From a virus (taxonomy: Duplodnaviria; Caudoviricetes): a DNA stretch of 39,530 nt. Below, piece after piece: positions 26,051 to 34,871 of this stretch. The stretch spans positions 1 to 39,530 of IMG/VR virus record IMGVR_UViG_3300037478_000354; one strand, given 5' to 3'. The translations under genes were made by a program, and so were the position numbers. The notes beneath the pieces are model-generated. The model ran no database searches. It was not told the origin of the DNA and was given only the letters and a program-made list of their open reading frames with translations. Numbering within the stretch: position 1 is the stretch's first letter; every line of letters starts with the position of its first letter.

Positions 26051-26464
26051 CTATCGCACGTAGTCGAGTTCGGTCACCACGAAGGTGACTTCCTGCTCTT
26101 CGGTGGTGCGCGCCTCACCGCCGACCGGTGGCGCCTTGAGCCGGACCATGCCGGTGAACTGCACTTCCTCACCGACCAGCCCCGCGTGGTGGGTGATGGA
26201 CACCGTGGCGACCTGCCCCCGGTTGGTCCACAGGAAATCGCTGATGCCGTCCTCGCGCCAGTCCGCGAAGAACGTCACCGCAAGCGTCGGTTCGGCGTCG
26301 GTCTCCTCTTCGAAATCCACGCCGTCAGGGCCGCAGAACGTCCAACGACGATCGCCGTCCGTCTCACCAGCGTCCAACGTCCACGTGGAAATCTGGCATT
26401 CGAAGTTCGTCGAGTTCAGCGCGAACAAGATGTGCTTATGGCGCCGGTGATGCGGCTGCGTCAT
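26051..26464 (-). CDS. Major tail protein
   Basis: NFECQISTWTL...TFCG...FLW...PPVGG; position. Confidence 0.75.
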   Translation of the reverse strand: MTQPHHRRHKHILFALNSTNFECQISTWTLDAGETDGDRRWTFCGPDGVDFEEETDAEPTLAVTFFADWREDGISDFLWTNRGQVATVSITHHAGLVGEEVQFTGMVRLKAPPVGGEARTTEEQEVTFVVTELDYVR

Positions 26465-26476
26465 CGTCCCACTCCT

Positions 26477-26851
26477 CTACAGCTCGTAGTCAACCTGGAT
26501 CTGGTACCCGGGCAGCTGTGTACCCTGCCCGGTGGTGAACTGCGTCGGTGTGGCCTGCTCTTCCACCGGCGCCAGCACCGCGTCGCTCACCATCTCCACC
26601 GCGGCGGCCACCGCGGCGGCCAGCTCCCACAGGTGCTCGTTCGCCCGTTCGTTGGAGCGGACTATCACGTCGATGCGGAACCTGGCGTGGTTCGGTTGCG
26701 ATCCGCAGTAGCCGCGCCAACCCAGCGCAGGCAGCCCTACGATGGCCGCTGGCGGATCCACGGCGGCACCAGGGTCCCGGTACACACGCAGACCCTCAAC
26801 GGCCCTCAGAGCAGCTTCCAGGGTTTGCGCGGCCTCGGCTACGGTGCCCAT
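26477..26851 (-). CDS. Tail terminator-like protein
   Basis: GLRVY...DPPAAIVGLP...LPGYQIQV. Confidence 0.7.
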   Translation of the reverse strand: MGTVAEAAQTLEAALRAVEGLRVYRDPGAAVDPPAAIVGLPALGWRGYCGSQPNHARFRIDVIVRSNERANEHLWELAAAVAAAVEMVSDAVLAPVEEQATPTQFTTGQGTQLPGYQIQVDYEL

Positions 26852-27105
26852 CAGCCCACCACCCGCTCGCACACAAGCACTCGGCACGGTCCACTGCTAT
26901 CAACGGTCAGCCCGGCGAATCGCACAGGACGGTACCGGTATTGAGAATCACCGGCGAGCAGGATGCAGCCGTCATCGTCGACCAGGAGCAGGTTGCCGGC
27001 GGTGGCCAGCAACTCCAACGACACGCCGATCACTGGGTCAGCCCGATCCACAGTCAGACGCCCATCGTCATGGCGGGTAACCACCGCATCGCCATAGTCG
27101 TCCAT
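26851..27105 (-). CDS. Hypothetical protein
   Basis: TGATG coupling both ends. Confidence 0.6.
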   Translation of the reverse strand: MDDYGDAVVTRHDDGRLTVDRADPVIGVSLELLATAGNLLLVDDDGCILLAGDSQYRYRPVRFAGLTVDSSGPCRVLVCERVVG

Positions 27106-27470
27106 CAGCCCACCACCGGGATCGACTGCCGACCGATTCTCAAGAGTTTCTCTATGTCAGCGTCGAAGCTAGGCACCCGGCTCGAACCCAACTCCCCCAT
27201 GTCGATCATCCCGTCAGGAGAGCGCTTACGGGTGTGCCACCGGGCAGCCAACATCACCGTGCCCAGCTCAATACCCGCATCCGGATCCGGCCGGGTCGAG
27301 CCAAGGTCACCGTCGAAGTTGTACCGGCCCCGGTGCACCCGCTGCACGAAAGCCACCACAGCATCCAGCACCACCTGCAGCTGAACGTCGTCCTCGTTCA
27401 GCACATCACCAGGTTCACCCCGGCTACGCAGGTGCTCTTTGAGCGCAGGAAGCTGCGGCGGCCAGGACAC
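27105..27470 (-). CDS. Head-to-tail adaptor
   Basis: LGTVMLAARWHTRKRSPDG...DADIEKLLRIG. Confidence 0.8.
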   Translation of the reverse strand: MSWPPQLPALKEHLRSRGEPGDVLNEDDVQLQVVLDAVVAFVQRVHRGRYNFDGDLGSTRPDPDAGIELGTVMLAARWHTRKRSPDGMIDMGELGSSRVPSFDADIEKLLRIGRQSIPVVG

Positions 27471-27471
27471 G

Positions 27472-27708
27472 TCACACCTCGCAGTTGTGGCGACGTAACG
27501 ACCCGTCCTTGTTCACGGCCACGTCCTTACCGCAGTCGGGACACGTGCCCCGGTTCGACTCGGCCACGTCCTCCACCTCGAGGGCGGCGGCCTGCTCAGG
27601 CACCGGCTCCGGCTCGATGGCAGGGGCCGGCCCCGCGGCGGGCAGGGTGGCCTCAGCAACCCACCTGCCGCCGCGGAGCACATGCCCACCAGCGCGGATC
27701 ATCGTCAC
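27472..27708 (-). CDS. Small protein with C-terminal Zn-finger-like motif
   Basis: GTCPDCGKDVAVNKDGSLRRHNC. Confidence 0.65.
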   Translation of the reverse strand: MTMIRAGGHVLRGGRWVAEATLPAAGPAPAIEPEPVPEQAAALEVEDVAESNRGTCPDCGKDVAVNKDGSLRRHNCEV

Positions 27709-29033
27709 ACCCCAGCGGTCGTACGGACCACGCTCAGCCCAACCGGGCGAAGCAGATGCGTGGCGAAGTAGCCGAACAGCGCCAGGTCGATGAACGTCGG
27801 GCCGGAACGCTCCTCATAGCGGAACGTCAAAGTCGGCGACTCCCACGCCCACGCGTCCATCGAATTGAGGGTGAACACATCGCCCTCACCGGCACCCACC
27901 TCGGTGATCGCCCACGCCGGAACGTGAGCCAGACCATCGACGAACCAGCCCTGGGTCACAGCATTACCCAGCCCGGACGTGTTCTGCGCTCCCACGCTGG
28001 GAAGCAGCGGCCGGCCCACGTCATCCACCGCGGTGGCGAAGAACGTAGTCGCCCGCTGTGACATCAGCGCCTGGTTCGGCGCGGCGAACCGGCGGAACGG
28101 ATACAGCGCCAGCTGCGACCGGACGGCGGTCAGCAGTTCCGCACCGTCCGCAGTGGTCACATCAGACACCTGCGCACCGGAGGTAGCGAACCCGCTAGTG
28201 ATGGTCCCCGACTGCGCGGTGTTCAGCAGGGTGTACACCTTCGCCTCAGTCTGCTGCGCGTACGACTCGCGCATCGCCGCAAGCGCGATCTGGTCGATCG
28301 CCGGGTTTGAGCTGTCGACAATCTCACGGGTCAGCTTCAGCAAGCCGCTGACAGCGCCAGGGGTGACCGTGGTCGTGTCGAACGACAACGTGCCATCGCT
28401 CGGGCCAGTACCCTCCACGTGATCAGCCGTAGCCCCCGAAGCCGACGCGAAGATCGGCACCACAAAAGGTGTCGCGTTGGCGATCGTGCCCCTCGACAGT
28501 GCGTTGACGAACGGCCGCTGCTGCACGAGTTGCGGCACGAACAGGTCCGGCCGGTAACCCGGCGGGATGATCTCGGCCGCGGTTGTAGTGTCCGACGGCG
28601 TGAACTGCAGCGCCGAGCTCGACGCGAACTGCAGCCGAGACTGCGCCACCTTGGCCATCTCTTCCGTCTGGAAGTGGAACTTCTTCAGCCGCTCGTACGC
28701 GTCCGTGTCACCGTGGAACCTGGCGTTCCACGCGTCCCGCACCAGGCACGGCCCGCCGCCGTTCAGCGAATACACCGGCGCCTCACGGCCGACGGTGTAC
28801 CGGGCCGCGCGCACCGGCTGAGGGCCGTCGCGCTGCGGGTCGTAGATGTTCTCCAGCGCTGCCTTGATTCCACCGCTGACGCTCTCACCGAACGTCGAAG
28901 CCAGATCCTGAGTCAGCTTCGTGTGCGCCTCGACCAGCTGCTTACCAAGATTGTCAGTGAACGCGTCGAGATCGAACTCGAACTCTTCGACCTCGTCCTT
29001 GCCTTCGTTCTCCTTGCCCTTGGGGGCCATCAT
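27705..29033 (-). CDS. Major capsid protein (HK97 fold)
   Basis: IIPPGYRP...RPFVNAL...HVEG...TREIVDSSNP; GGAGG RBS. Confidence 0.88.
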   Translation of the reverse strand: MMAPKGKENEGKDEVEEFEFDLDAFTDNLGKQLVEAHTKLTQDLASTFGESVSGGIKAALENIYDPQRDGPQPVRAARYTVGREAPVYSLNGGGPCLVRDAWNARFHGDTDAYERLKKFHFQTEEMAKVAQSRLQFASSSALQFTPSDTTTAAEIIPPGYRPDLFVPQLVQQRPFVNALSRGTIANATPFVVPIFASASGATADHVEGTGPSDGTLSFDTTTVTPGAVSGLLKLTREIVDSSNPAIDQIALAAMRESYAQQTEAKVYTLLNTAQSGTITSGFATSGAQVSDVTTADGAELLTAVRSQLALYPFRRFAAPNQALMSQRATTFFATAVDDVGRPLLPSVGAQNTSGLGNAVTQGWFVDGLAHVPAWAITEVGAGEGDVFTLNSMDAWAWESPTLTFRYEERSGPTFIDLALFGYFATHLLRPVGLSVVRTTAGV

Positions 29034-30852
29034 CTACCTCCGATTGGTCGGTACTCGCGGCGACGGCTGCGACCCTGGCGTCGTCGAATGCAGGCGTCGG
29101 CGTTAGCGCCACATGCTTCAACTTGGCCTGTCTGACCAATCGCGTGTTTCTATCGCTGGGATCCGTGTGCCAGTCGTCGCCGAACTCGTCCTCAAAGTCG
29201 ATCTCGACTGACAGTCCGTCCCAGGCCTTGCCGGCGGCCAGAGCTAACGCCCGGTCGCCCTCCGGAATCTCGGCGACCTTGAACGTGATGTCCAAGCCCT
29301 TCGATGTGTTCCGGATACCAGCGGCGTATCCCACCGACTGGTGCCGGTCGTGCCTCAGGTTCAACTTGATACGGCTCGCGTCGCCCCACCGCAGCGAATT
29401 CTCACTGAACCGCCAACGGGCGCCACGCGAAACAGCAACCTTCCCCCACGGCACCACCATCCCGGAGATCGTCCGCTTGTCCTCGTTCACGCGGAACGTG
29501 GCGTACGCCTCCGGATCGTCGAAACTCAAAGTCGTGTTCTGATCGGCGCTGAACGACGCTGCGGACACATCCGCCTCCATCTCACGCGCTGGATCCGGCT
29601 CGGCTGCCGGCTCGGTTGGCTGCGGCGCCGGCCGGGAAGCGGCCTTCTGCGCCGGCGTCAGCTCCGGCAGGTCCTCACGCGCCCGGATCTCATCCGGCGC
29701 GTACGCACCCACCTCGAGCGCCGTCTTGTACGTGGTCATCCGGGTCGGGGTGTCCGCACGCTGGAAGTCGTCGAAACGGACCTTCGCCCGGTAGCCGCGC
29801 GGCAGGACGTCCCGCATGCTCAACCGGTCCCGCACCGCCGCCACCCACGACGCGAACGTCAAGTTGATCAGCGCCTGCCAGCGTTGCTCCTGGTTCGCGT
29901 ACGTCCTGGAAGTCGTTGACACACCCAGGTCCTCCGGGTCGATACCGCTGGCCCGGGCAATCTCCAACACCGCATGCTGCCGCTGATCGGCCAACTGCAA
30001 CTGCTCCGGGTTCCACTGCAAGGTCTTGGCGGTCACCGCCTGCAAATACGCCCACGCCCGTTTCGACCGGGCAATCTCCCAGTCATCCAGCAACGCGTCA
30101 ACCTCGGAACGCTCCGACCCGTCACCAGCTGATCCGGGCTCGGCCGACAGCGGCTCGGCACCCTCCCTCGGCTCCAACGCACCCAACGGCACCGGATTGT
30201 CCGCGTACAGGGCCGCGATCCGATCCAGCTTCAACGCGGTGCGGATCGCCCGAGCCGCATGCCGCAGCAATGGCGGGTTCGGCGAGTCGAACCGGATCAC
30301 CTCGTCGTCGCGGACGGGGATGCCATCGATGAACACCTGACCGTCGACCGGGAACAGCTGATCCGGAGAGATCTGTGACTGTGATGGCAGGGTTCCGATA
30401 CCGGCCACGTGAACCGACTCCACTGGCACATGCCGGGCCTCGACCGGGAACCCGTGCCAGCCACGGGCGGTCACCCGCCACCAGGCGATGCCCTCAAACA
30501 GCAGATCCTCGTACGTCTGCGCCAGCAGCACCGAGTTGGGAATGTCCGGGTCGATGTTGCCACCCAGCAGGTAGGTGGTGGGCACCTCCCGCCGCTGCGG
30601 GTCGATTACGACATGCGGCAGCGTCGACAGGGTGCCTGCGATCAGGTTTCGGGCGCGCATGACCGCTGGTACCTGCAGCGCCTCATTACGGGAGATCCGC
30701 CGGTCCAACATCCCGCCGGCGGTCATCGCCTCCAGCATCTCCGGGGGAACATCCACCGAGAAACTGGCCGTCGGCTTCGCGGCCTCCATCGCGACAGACG
30801 GGCGCGACGAGTCGCCACCGAACATCTTCTGCCAAAACGACGCCACGGACAT
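28954..30852 (-). CDS. Portal protein fused to prohead protease
   Basis: ALQVPAVMRARNLIAGT portal N-terminus; C-terminal RTISGMVVPWG...H..GLSVE...LKHVALTPTPAFDDARV protease. Confidence 0.88.
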   Translation of the reverse strand: MSVASFWQKMFGGDSSRPSVAMEAAKPTASFSVDVPPEMLEAMTAGGMLDRRISRNEALQVPAVMRARNLIAGTLSTLPHVVIDPQRREVPTTYLLGGNIDPDIPNSVLLAQTYEDLLFEGIAWWRVTARGWHGFPVEARHVPVESVHVAGIGTLPSQSQISPDQLFPVDGQVFIDGIPVRDDEVIRFDSPNPPLLRHAARAIRTALKLDRIAALYADNPVPLGALEPREGAEPLSAEPGSAGDGSERSEVDALLDDWEIARSKRAWAYLQAVTAKTLQWNPEQLQLADQRQHAVLEIARASGIDPEDLGVSTTSRTYANQEQRWQALINLTFASWVAAVRDRLSMRDVLPRGYRAKVRFDDFQRADTPTRMTTYKTALEVGAYAPDEIRAREDLPELTPAQKAASRPAPQPTEPAAEPDPAREMEADVSAASFSADQNTTLSFDDPEAYATFRVNEDKRTISGMVVPWGKVAVSRGARWRFSENSLRWGDASRIKLNLRHDRHQSVGYAAGIRNTSKGLDITFKVAEIPEGDRALALAAGKAWDGLSVEIDFEDEFGDDWHTDPSDRNTRLVRQAKLKHVALTPTPAFDDARVAAVAASTDQSEVDDGPQGQGERRQGRGRRVRVRSRRVH

Positions 30853-31244
30853 CACCAGCCCAGCACTGCTATGCGCGCCATGGCGCACCGATTGCACCGA
30901 CAGAACCAACCGCTGGAATGCCCGCCAGCGGGGGCGGGGCGCACCCCAAGCTCAGCCAGCGCGGTCGCCACCTGCTGCGGAGCGGTCGCAGGATCGAGGT
31001 TGAACCACTCGCGGCCTGGCCCTGTCAAGCGGAAGCGCTTGAACCTCCGGTGCACCTTACTCTCGATCTTCCCGTCACCATCCGATTCGTAGAGCACTCG
31101 AAGCCTGCGGCCAGTCACTCCGGTGGGAAGAGGACCGCTCTTGATGTCTCGCAGGCGGCAGTCGGCGGTCTGGGCGGTGAAGCCGATCTTCACCGGGCCA
31201 GGGTGCGGCGCCGGCTCGCCCAGAACATATACGGTCACGGCCAT
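30852..31244 (-). CDS. GIY-YIG superfamily (T5orf172-like) protein
   Basis: VYVLG...VKIGFT...RL...ESKVHRRF...REWF. Confidence 0.8.
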   Translation of the reverse strand: MAVTVYVLGEPAPHPGPVKIGFTAQTADCRLRDIKSGPLPTGVTGRRLRVLYESDGDGKIESKVHRRFKRFRLTGPGREWFNLDPATAPQQVATALAELGVRPAPAGGHSSGWFCRCNRCAMARIAVLGW

Positions 31245-31312
31245 AGCATACAGTAAGATTTTCGGCAAGAGCGGCACACCGCCGCAAACCTTGCGGATCT
31301 AGGAGGTGGCCG

Positions 31313-31606
31313 GTGAAGGTCCTACGCGACTCCAACGACCTGCTGCTGCCGCAGGTCCAACACACCATCAGCCAGCTGCAGCTACGGCCCGAGGACTCCG
31401 CCACCGCCACGCTGGCCGAGCGGTATGCCGCCGCCATCGACGCAGACCCTGACCAGCTCAAGGAGCTCGGCCCGCGGCTGCTCGCCTGCCTGGTCGAGCT
31501 CGGCGCCACCCCACGGGCCCGGGCCACCACCGGCAAGGGAGGTGCGGCCGGTGGCACCACCAAACTCGCCCAGCTCCGAGAAGCTCGCGCAGCCTCCGGC
31601 CGCTGA
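31313..31606 (+). CDS. terS: Terminase small subunit
   Basis: LAERYAAAID...LGPRLLACLVELGATPRAR...LAQLR; AGGAGG RBS. Confidence 0.8.
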   Translation: MKVLRDSNDLLLPQVQHTISQLQLRPEDSATATLAERYAAAIDADPDQLKELGPRLLACLVELGATPRARATTGKGGAAGGTTKLAQLREARAASGR

Positions 31607-33095
31607 GGTCGTCGGCCGCACCGAACCCAGGCTAGGAACCCCGCCGCTACGACCGCTGAACCGCGACACCACCCGCGGATACGAGGCTAACGAGTTCGCC
31701 GAACTCGTGGGTGAGCCGAACCTGCCTTGGCAGCAATGGCTCAACATCCACGCCCTAGAACTCAACCCCGATGGCACCTACCGATTCCGAATTGTCCTGG
31801 TCATCGTCGGACGGCAAAACGGCAAATCCACGGTCAAACGCAAGGTCAGCCTGTGGCGCCTATACCTCGACGGGGCCCGGGTCGTCCTCGGCACCGCGCA
31901 AGACGTTGCGCTGGCACGCGAACAGATGAACCTATGCAAAGCCACAATCCACGCAAGCATCGACCTGCGAACCGAATGGGGTGGCGAACGCAGCGTCAAC
32001 GGCGACGAACAGTTCTGGCTACAAGGCGACGCCCCACCCGGAACACCCCGGGAAGCCCTACCCCGATATGTCATCCGAGCCACCAACCGCAAAGCCGGCC
32101 GCGGCCTGGCAATCGACGAACTGAACATCGACGAACTGAGAGAACAACGCGACTGGAAAGCATGGGCCGCCCTATCGAAAACGCTCATGGCCCGGCCCAA
32201 CGGCCAAATCTGGGTCATGAGCAACATGGGCGACGACGAATCCGTCGTACTCAACCAGTTGCGTGCCGCCGCCGGAGTAACCACCGGACCCGACGGTGTG
32301 TCAATCCTCGGCGAAGCTCGCGACCCATCCATCGGGATCTTCGAATGGTCAGGGCCGGAAGGATGCGACCTCGACGACTGGAACGCGATCGCCCAGGCCA
32401 ACCCCGGACTCAACTGCGGCGGCCCCACCTCCGCTGCCATCCGCACCGCCCTAGCAACCGACCCGCCCGAGGTATACCGCACCGAGGTTCTCTGCCAGAA
32501 AGTTGATGCCCTAGACGCCGCGATCAACCTGATCGGCTGGAAAGACTGCCGAGACCCGCTCGGCAACCTCAACGGACTCCGCGACCGGATCGTCGCCTGC
32601 ATCGACGTCGCACCCGACGGCGAACACGTGACCCTGGCCATCGGCGCCCAACTCGACGACGGACGGGTACGCGGCGAGATAGCCGCAGCGTGGAAGTCCA
32701 CTAGGGAAGCACGCGCCCAGCTCGGCGACCTGCTCGACCAGATCCAGCCCAGGGTAACCGCCTGGTACCCGTCCGGACCAGCCGCAGCCCTCGCGACCAT
32801 CCTGCGGCCAAGGACAGGCAGCCACGAGCTGAAAGGCCAACAGGTCAACGAAACGTGCATGGGCCTAGCCGACCTGGTAGACGCCCGACGGATCCTGCAC
32901 CCAGGCGACCCCCTGCTGGACGCACACATCGCTGGCGCCACCAAGTACTACATCGGCGACGGCTGGCGGCTCGTCCGCCGCGGCGCCGGCCACGTCGACG
33001 CAGCCTACGCCTACGCCGGAGCCGCCCACGCTGCCCTCACCGTGCCCATCGCGGCGAAGATCAGGCCGCTGGTCGTAGCAGGCGGCCGGCGGTAA
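31551..33095 (+). CDS. terL: Terminase large subunit
   Basis: GRTEPRL.TPPLR, PWQ, Walker A GRQNGKS, Walker B LNIDELRE, QANPGL, IDVAPD; GGAGG before GTG 31551. Confidence 0.93.
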   Translation: MAPPNSPSSEKLAQPPAAEVVGRTEPRLGTPPLRPLNRDTTRGYEANEFAELVGEPNLPWQQWLNIHALELNPDGTYRFRIVLVIVGRQNGKSTVKRKVSLWRLYLDGARVVLGTAQDVALAREQMNLCKATIHASIDLRTEWGGERSVNGDEQFWLQGDAPPGTPREALPRYVIRATNRKAGRGLAIDELNIDELREQRDWKAWAALSKTLMARPNGQIWVMSNMGDDESVVLNQLRAAAGVTTGPDGVSILGEARDPSIGIFEWSGPEGCDLDDWNAIAQANPGLNCGGPTSAAIRTALATDPPEVYRTEVLCQKVDALDAAINLIGWKDCRDPLGNLNGLRDRIVACIDVAPDGEHVTLAIGAQLDDGRVRGEIAAAWKSTREARAQLGDLLDQIQPRVTAWYPSGPAAALATILRPRTGSHELKGQQVNETCMGLADLVDARRILHPGDPLLDAHIAGATKYYIGDGWRLVRRGAGHVDAAYAYAGAAHAALTVPIAAKIRPLVVAGGRR

Positions 33096-33277
33096 TGATG
33101 CCACCCCATTGCCGGGGGGAGAAAAGGACAGGGACGGCGATCCTCAAGATCACGTTGCATGGGGAAAAGCAACGCTGTGACCTGCACAAACGTAGATCCG
33201 CTGTCTGTCGCTTGTGTTGCTGCTCCACAGCCCGTTCTGACGCTGAAGTGGCTGTGAGCTGCTGGAGCGTGCAGCCA

Positions 33278-33532
33278 TCAGGCATTGTCTGTTCCCTCGA
33301 ATAGCAGCGACACGTCGTAAGGGTGGTACAGCTTGCCATCGATCTGGTAGCCAAGCACGGCATCGAGGTTGCGCCAGCGGTTGCAGACGTGGCAGCTGAC
33401 ACCTCGTGACGCTCGGTCGAGTCGTGACCCGTGCCTCGGTGGGCGGTGTAGCCGGCAGGCGGGGTCAGTTCTGACGTGCATCCGGCGGCTGTGGTACATC
33501 AACCACAGGGTGTACCAATCTCGTATCATCAT
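33278..33532 (-). CDS. Small Cys/His hypothetical protein
   Basis: ATGA coupling with HNH-like gene. Confidence 0.55.
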   Translation of the reverse strand: MMIRDWYTLWLMYHSRRMHVRTDPACRLHRPPRHGSRLDRASRGVSCHVCNRWRNLDAVLGYQIDGKLYHPYDVSLLFEGTDNA

Positions 33533-33783
33533 CTACCCCAATCGGTCCTCGGTCTGGGCTGCGGGTCTGCCGCTCCGCGCTCGTTGCTGGTGTCACGATT
33601 ACAGCGGATGTGTTGCGGCCCGGCGTACTCGTAGGCACTGCCTTCGACGTGCCCGAGGTCCCAGGCCTGGCCGCGCAGGATGGGCTGATGGCAGCGGGAG
33701 CAGGTGGCGCCACCGGCGGCTACGACCGGCGCCCACCTGGCGCGGAGCTGCTGGTGGCGGCGGCGGTACTTAGGTAGGGCCAT
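33529..33783 (-). CDS. HNH-like endonuclease (packaging-associated type)
   Basis: HQQLRA...CSRCHQPI...WDLGH...PQHIRCN. Confidence 0.8.
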   Translation of the reverse strand: MALPKYRRRHQQLRARWAPVVAAGGATCSRCHQPILRGQAWDLGHVEGSAYEYAGPQHIRCNRDTSNERGAADPQPRPRTDWGR

Positions 33784-34156
33784 CTGTGTTGCCGCCCGGG
33801 GTGTCCGGCTGGTCGGCCCACGGGGTCAGCGTGCCGGCCTCGATCTGGTCGGCGACGGTAGACGGGTGTGGTGACCGGCCCGCCGACTCTGCCCACCACC
33901 GCAGCGCGGCGGCCCACACGCGGCGGCACAGTCCGTCCTCCAGCACCGCCACGTCGGCGGGCTCGGCGCAGCCGGCGGTCAGCGCGTCTAGCACGGCGCG
34001 GGCGGCACGGTAGTACCTGCGAGCCGCTGTCGGATACCGGCGGGCATAGTCGGACCACGGTGTCAACGGCTCACCGATCGGCCGCGTCTGGTCGGTGAGG
34101 TAGAGCTGCTCGGCCACCGTCTCTACGGCGTCGGTGTACTGGTCATCGCTTGTCAT
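33770..34156 (-). CDS. Hypothetical protein
   Basis: GGAGG RBS; in operon chain. Confidence 0.6.
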   Translation of the reverse strand: MTSDDQYTDAVETVAEQLYLTDQTRPIGEPLTPWSDYARRYPTAARRYYRAARAVLDALTAGCAEPADVAVLEDGLCRRVWAAALRWWAESAGRSPHPSTVADQIEAGTLTPWADQPDTPGGNTDGPT

Positions 34157-34601
34157 CAGACACCTCCAGCTCGCCGCGCAGCCGCTCCAGCTCGGCCTCG
34201 GCGGACACCTGCGCCTCCCGTCGTGCCTGCTCGATGCGGGTGAGCCGGTCCCGGTCGGCGAGCAGCTGGTCTCGTTCGGCCTCTAGGTCACCAATGACCT
34301 TGGCGCGGAACCTGTCGGCGTTGGTGTCACGCTGCCGGTCGCGGCGCATGGCTGCGTTCTCTCGGGCCAGCCGGTCCCGGTCGGCGAGCAGCCCACGTAT
34401 CTGCGCCGCCCACTGCTCCCAGCCCAGCCGCATGTCCACCGCAGGATCGTCCAGGTGCGCCAGAATGTGGTCGATGGTGTCCCGGTCCCAGCCTGCCCCG
34501 TCCGACGTCTCCACGTTCCGCTCAGCAGGCGGGGTGGACGGTCCCAGCACGTGTCGGGCACCGCCCGGGATCGGGTCAATGCCGCGGGTGTACTCACTCA
34601 T
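34143..34601 (-). CDS. Coiled-coil hypothetical protein
   Basis: Duplicated LLADRDRL. Confidence 0.6.
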   Translation of the reverse strand: MSEYTRGIDPIPGGARHVLGPSTPPAERNVETSDGAGWDRDTIDHILAHLDDPAVDMRLGWEQWAAQIRGLLADRDRLARENAAMRRDRQRDTNADRFRAKVIGDLEAERDQLLADRDRLTRIEQARREAQVSAEAELERLRGELEVSDDKR

Positions 34602-34679
34602 GGTCGCCTCCGGTGGTCAGGGTGCGGCGGATGCGGGCAGCCAGACAGCCGGCGTCGCCGGTGATCGGGCACGGCGCGG

Positions 34680-34871
34680 TCACGGTTCGGTCCTCTCGGT
34701 GTCAAAAGGGCGGCGCAGCGCGTCGATAGCCGCGGTGATTTCGGCGATGCCCGGCAACTGGGTGCCCTCGTCCCACGTAACGTCGATCGACTCGACTCCG
34801 GGGCCCAGCTCGCGGTAGGTGGCTGAGACGCGTATGGCTGGCGGCAGTGGTCGGTGGTCGGGGTCAGTCAT
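34680..34871 (-). CDS. Hypothetical protein
   Basis: ATGA coupling to replication gene. Confidence 0.55.
   Translation of the reverse strand: MTDPDHRPLPPAIRVSATYRELGPGVESIDVTWDEGTQLPGIAEITAAIDALRRPFDTERTEP

Noticed and set aside
31778-32944. 388-aa minus-strand ORF that would restore co-orientation at the terminase locus
   Set aside because: Ser/Arg-rich shadow; the terminase motifs are on the plus strand
31262-33116. CGGCAA...GGCA similarity at both ends of the terminase cassette as inversion sites
   Set aside because: Match is short and gapped; not distinguishable from chance in GC-rich DNA
33061-33402. 113-aa minus-strand ORF
   Set aside because: Atypical composition, overlaps terL end and the likely non-coding cos-like region
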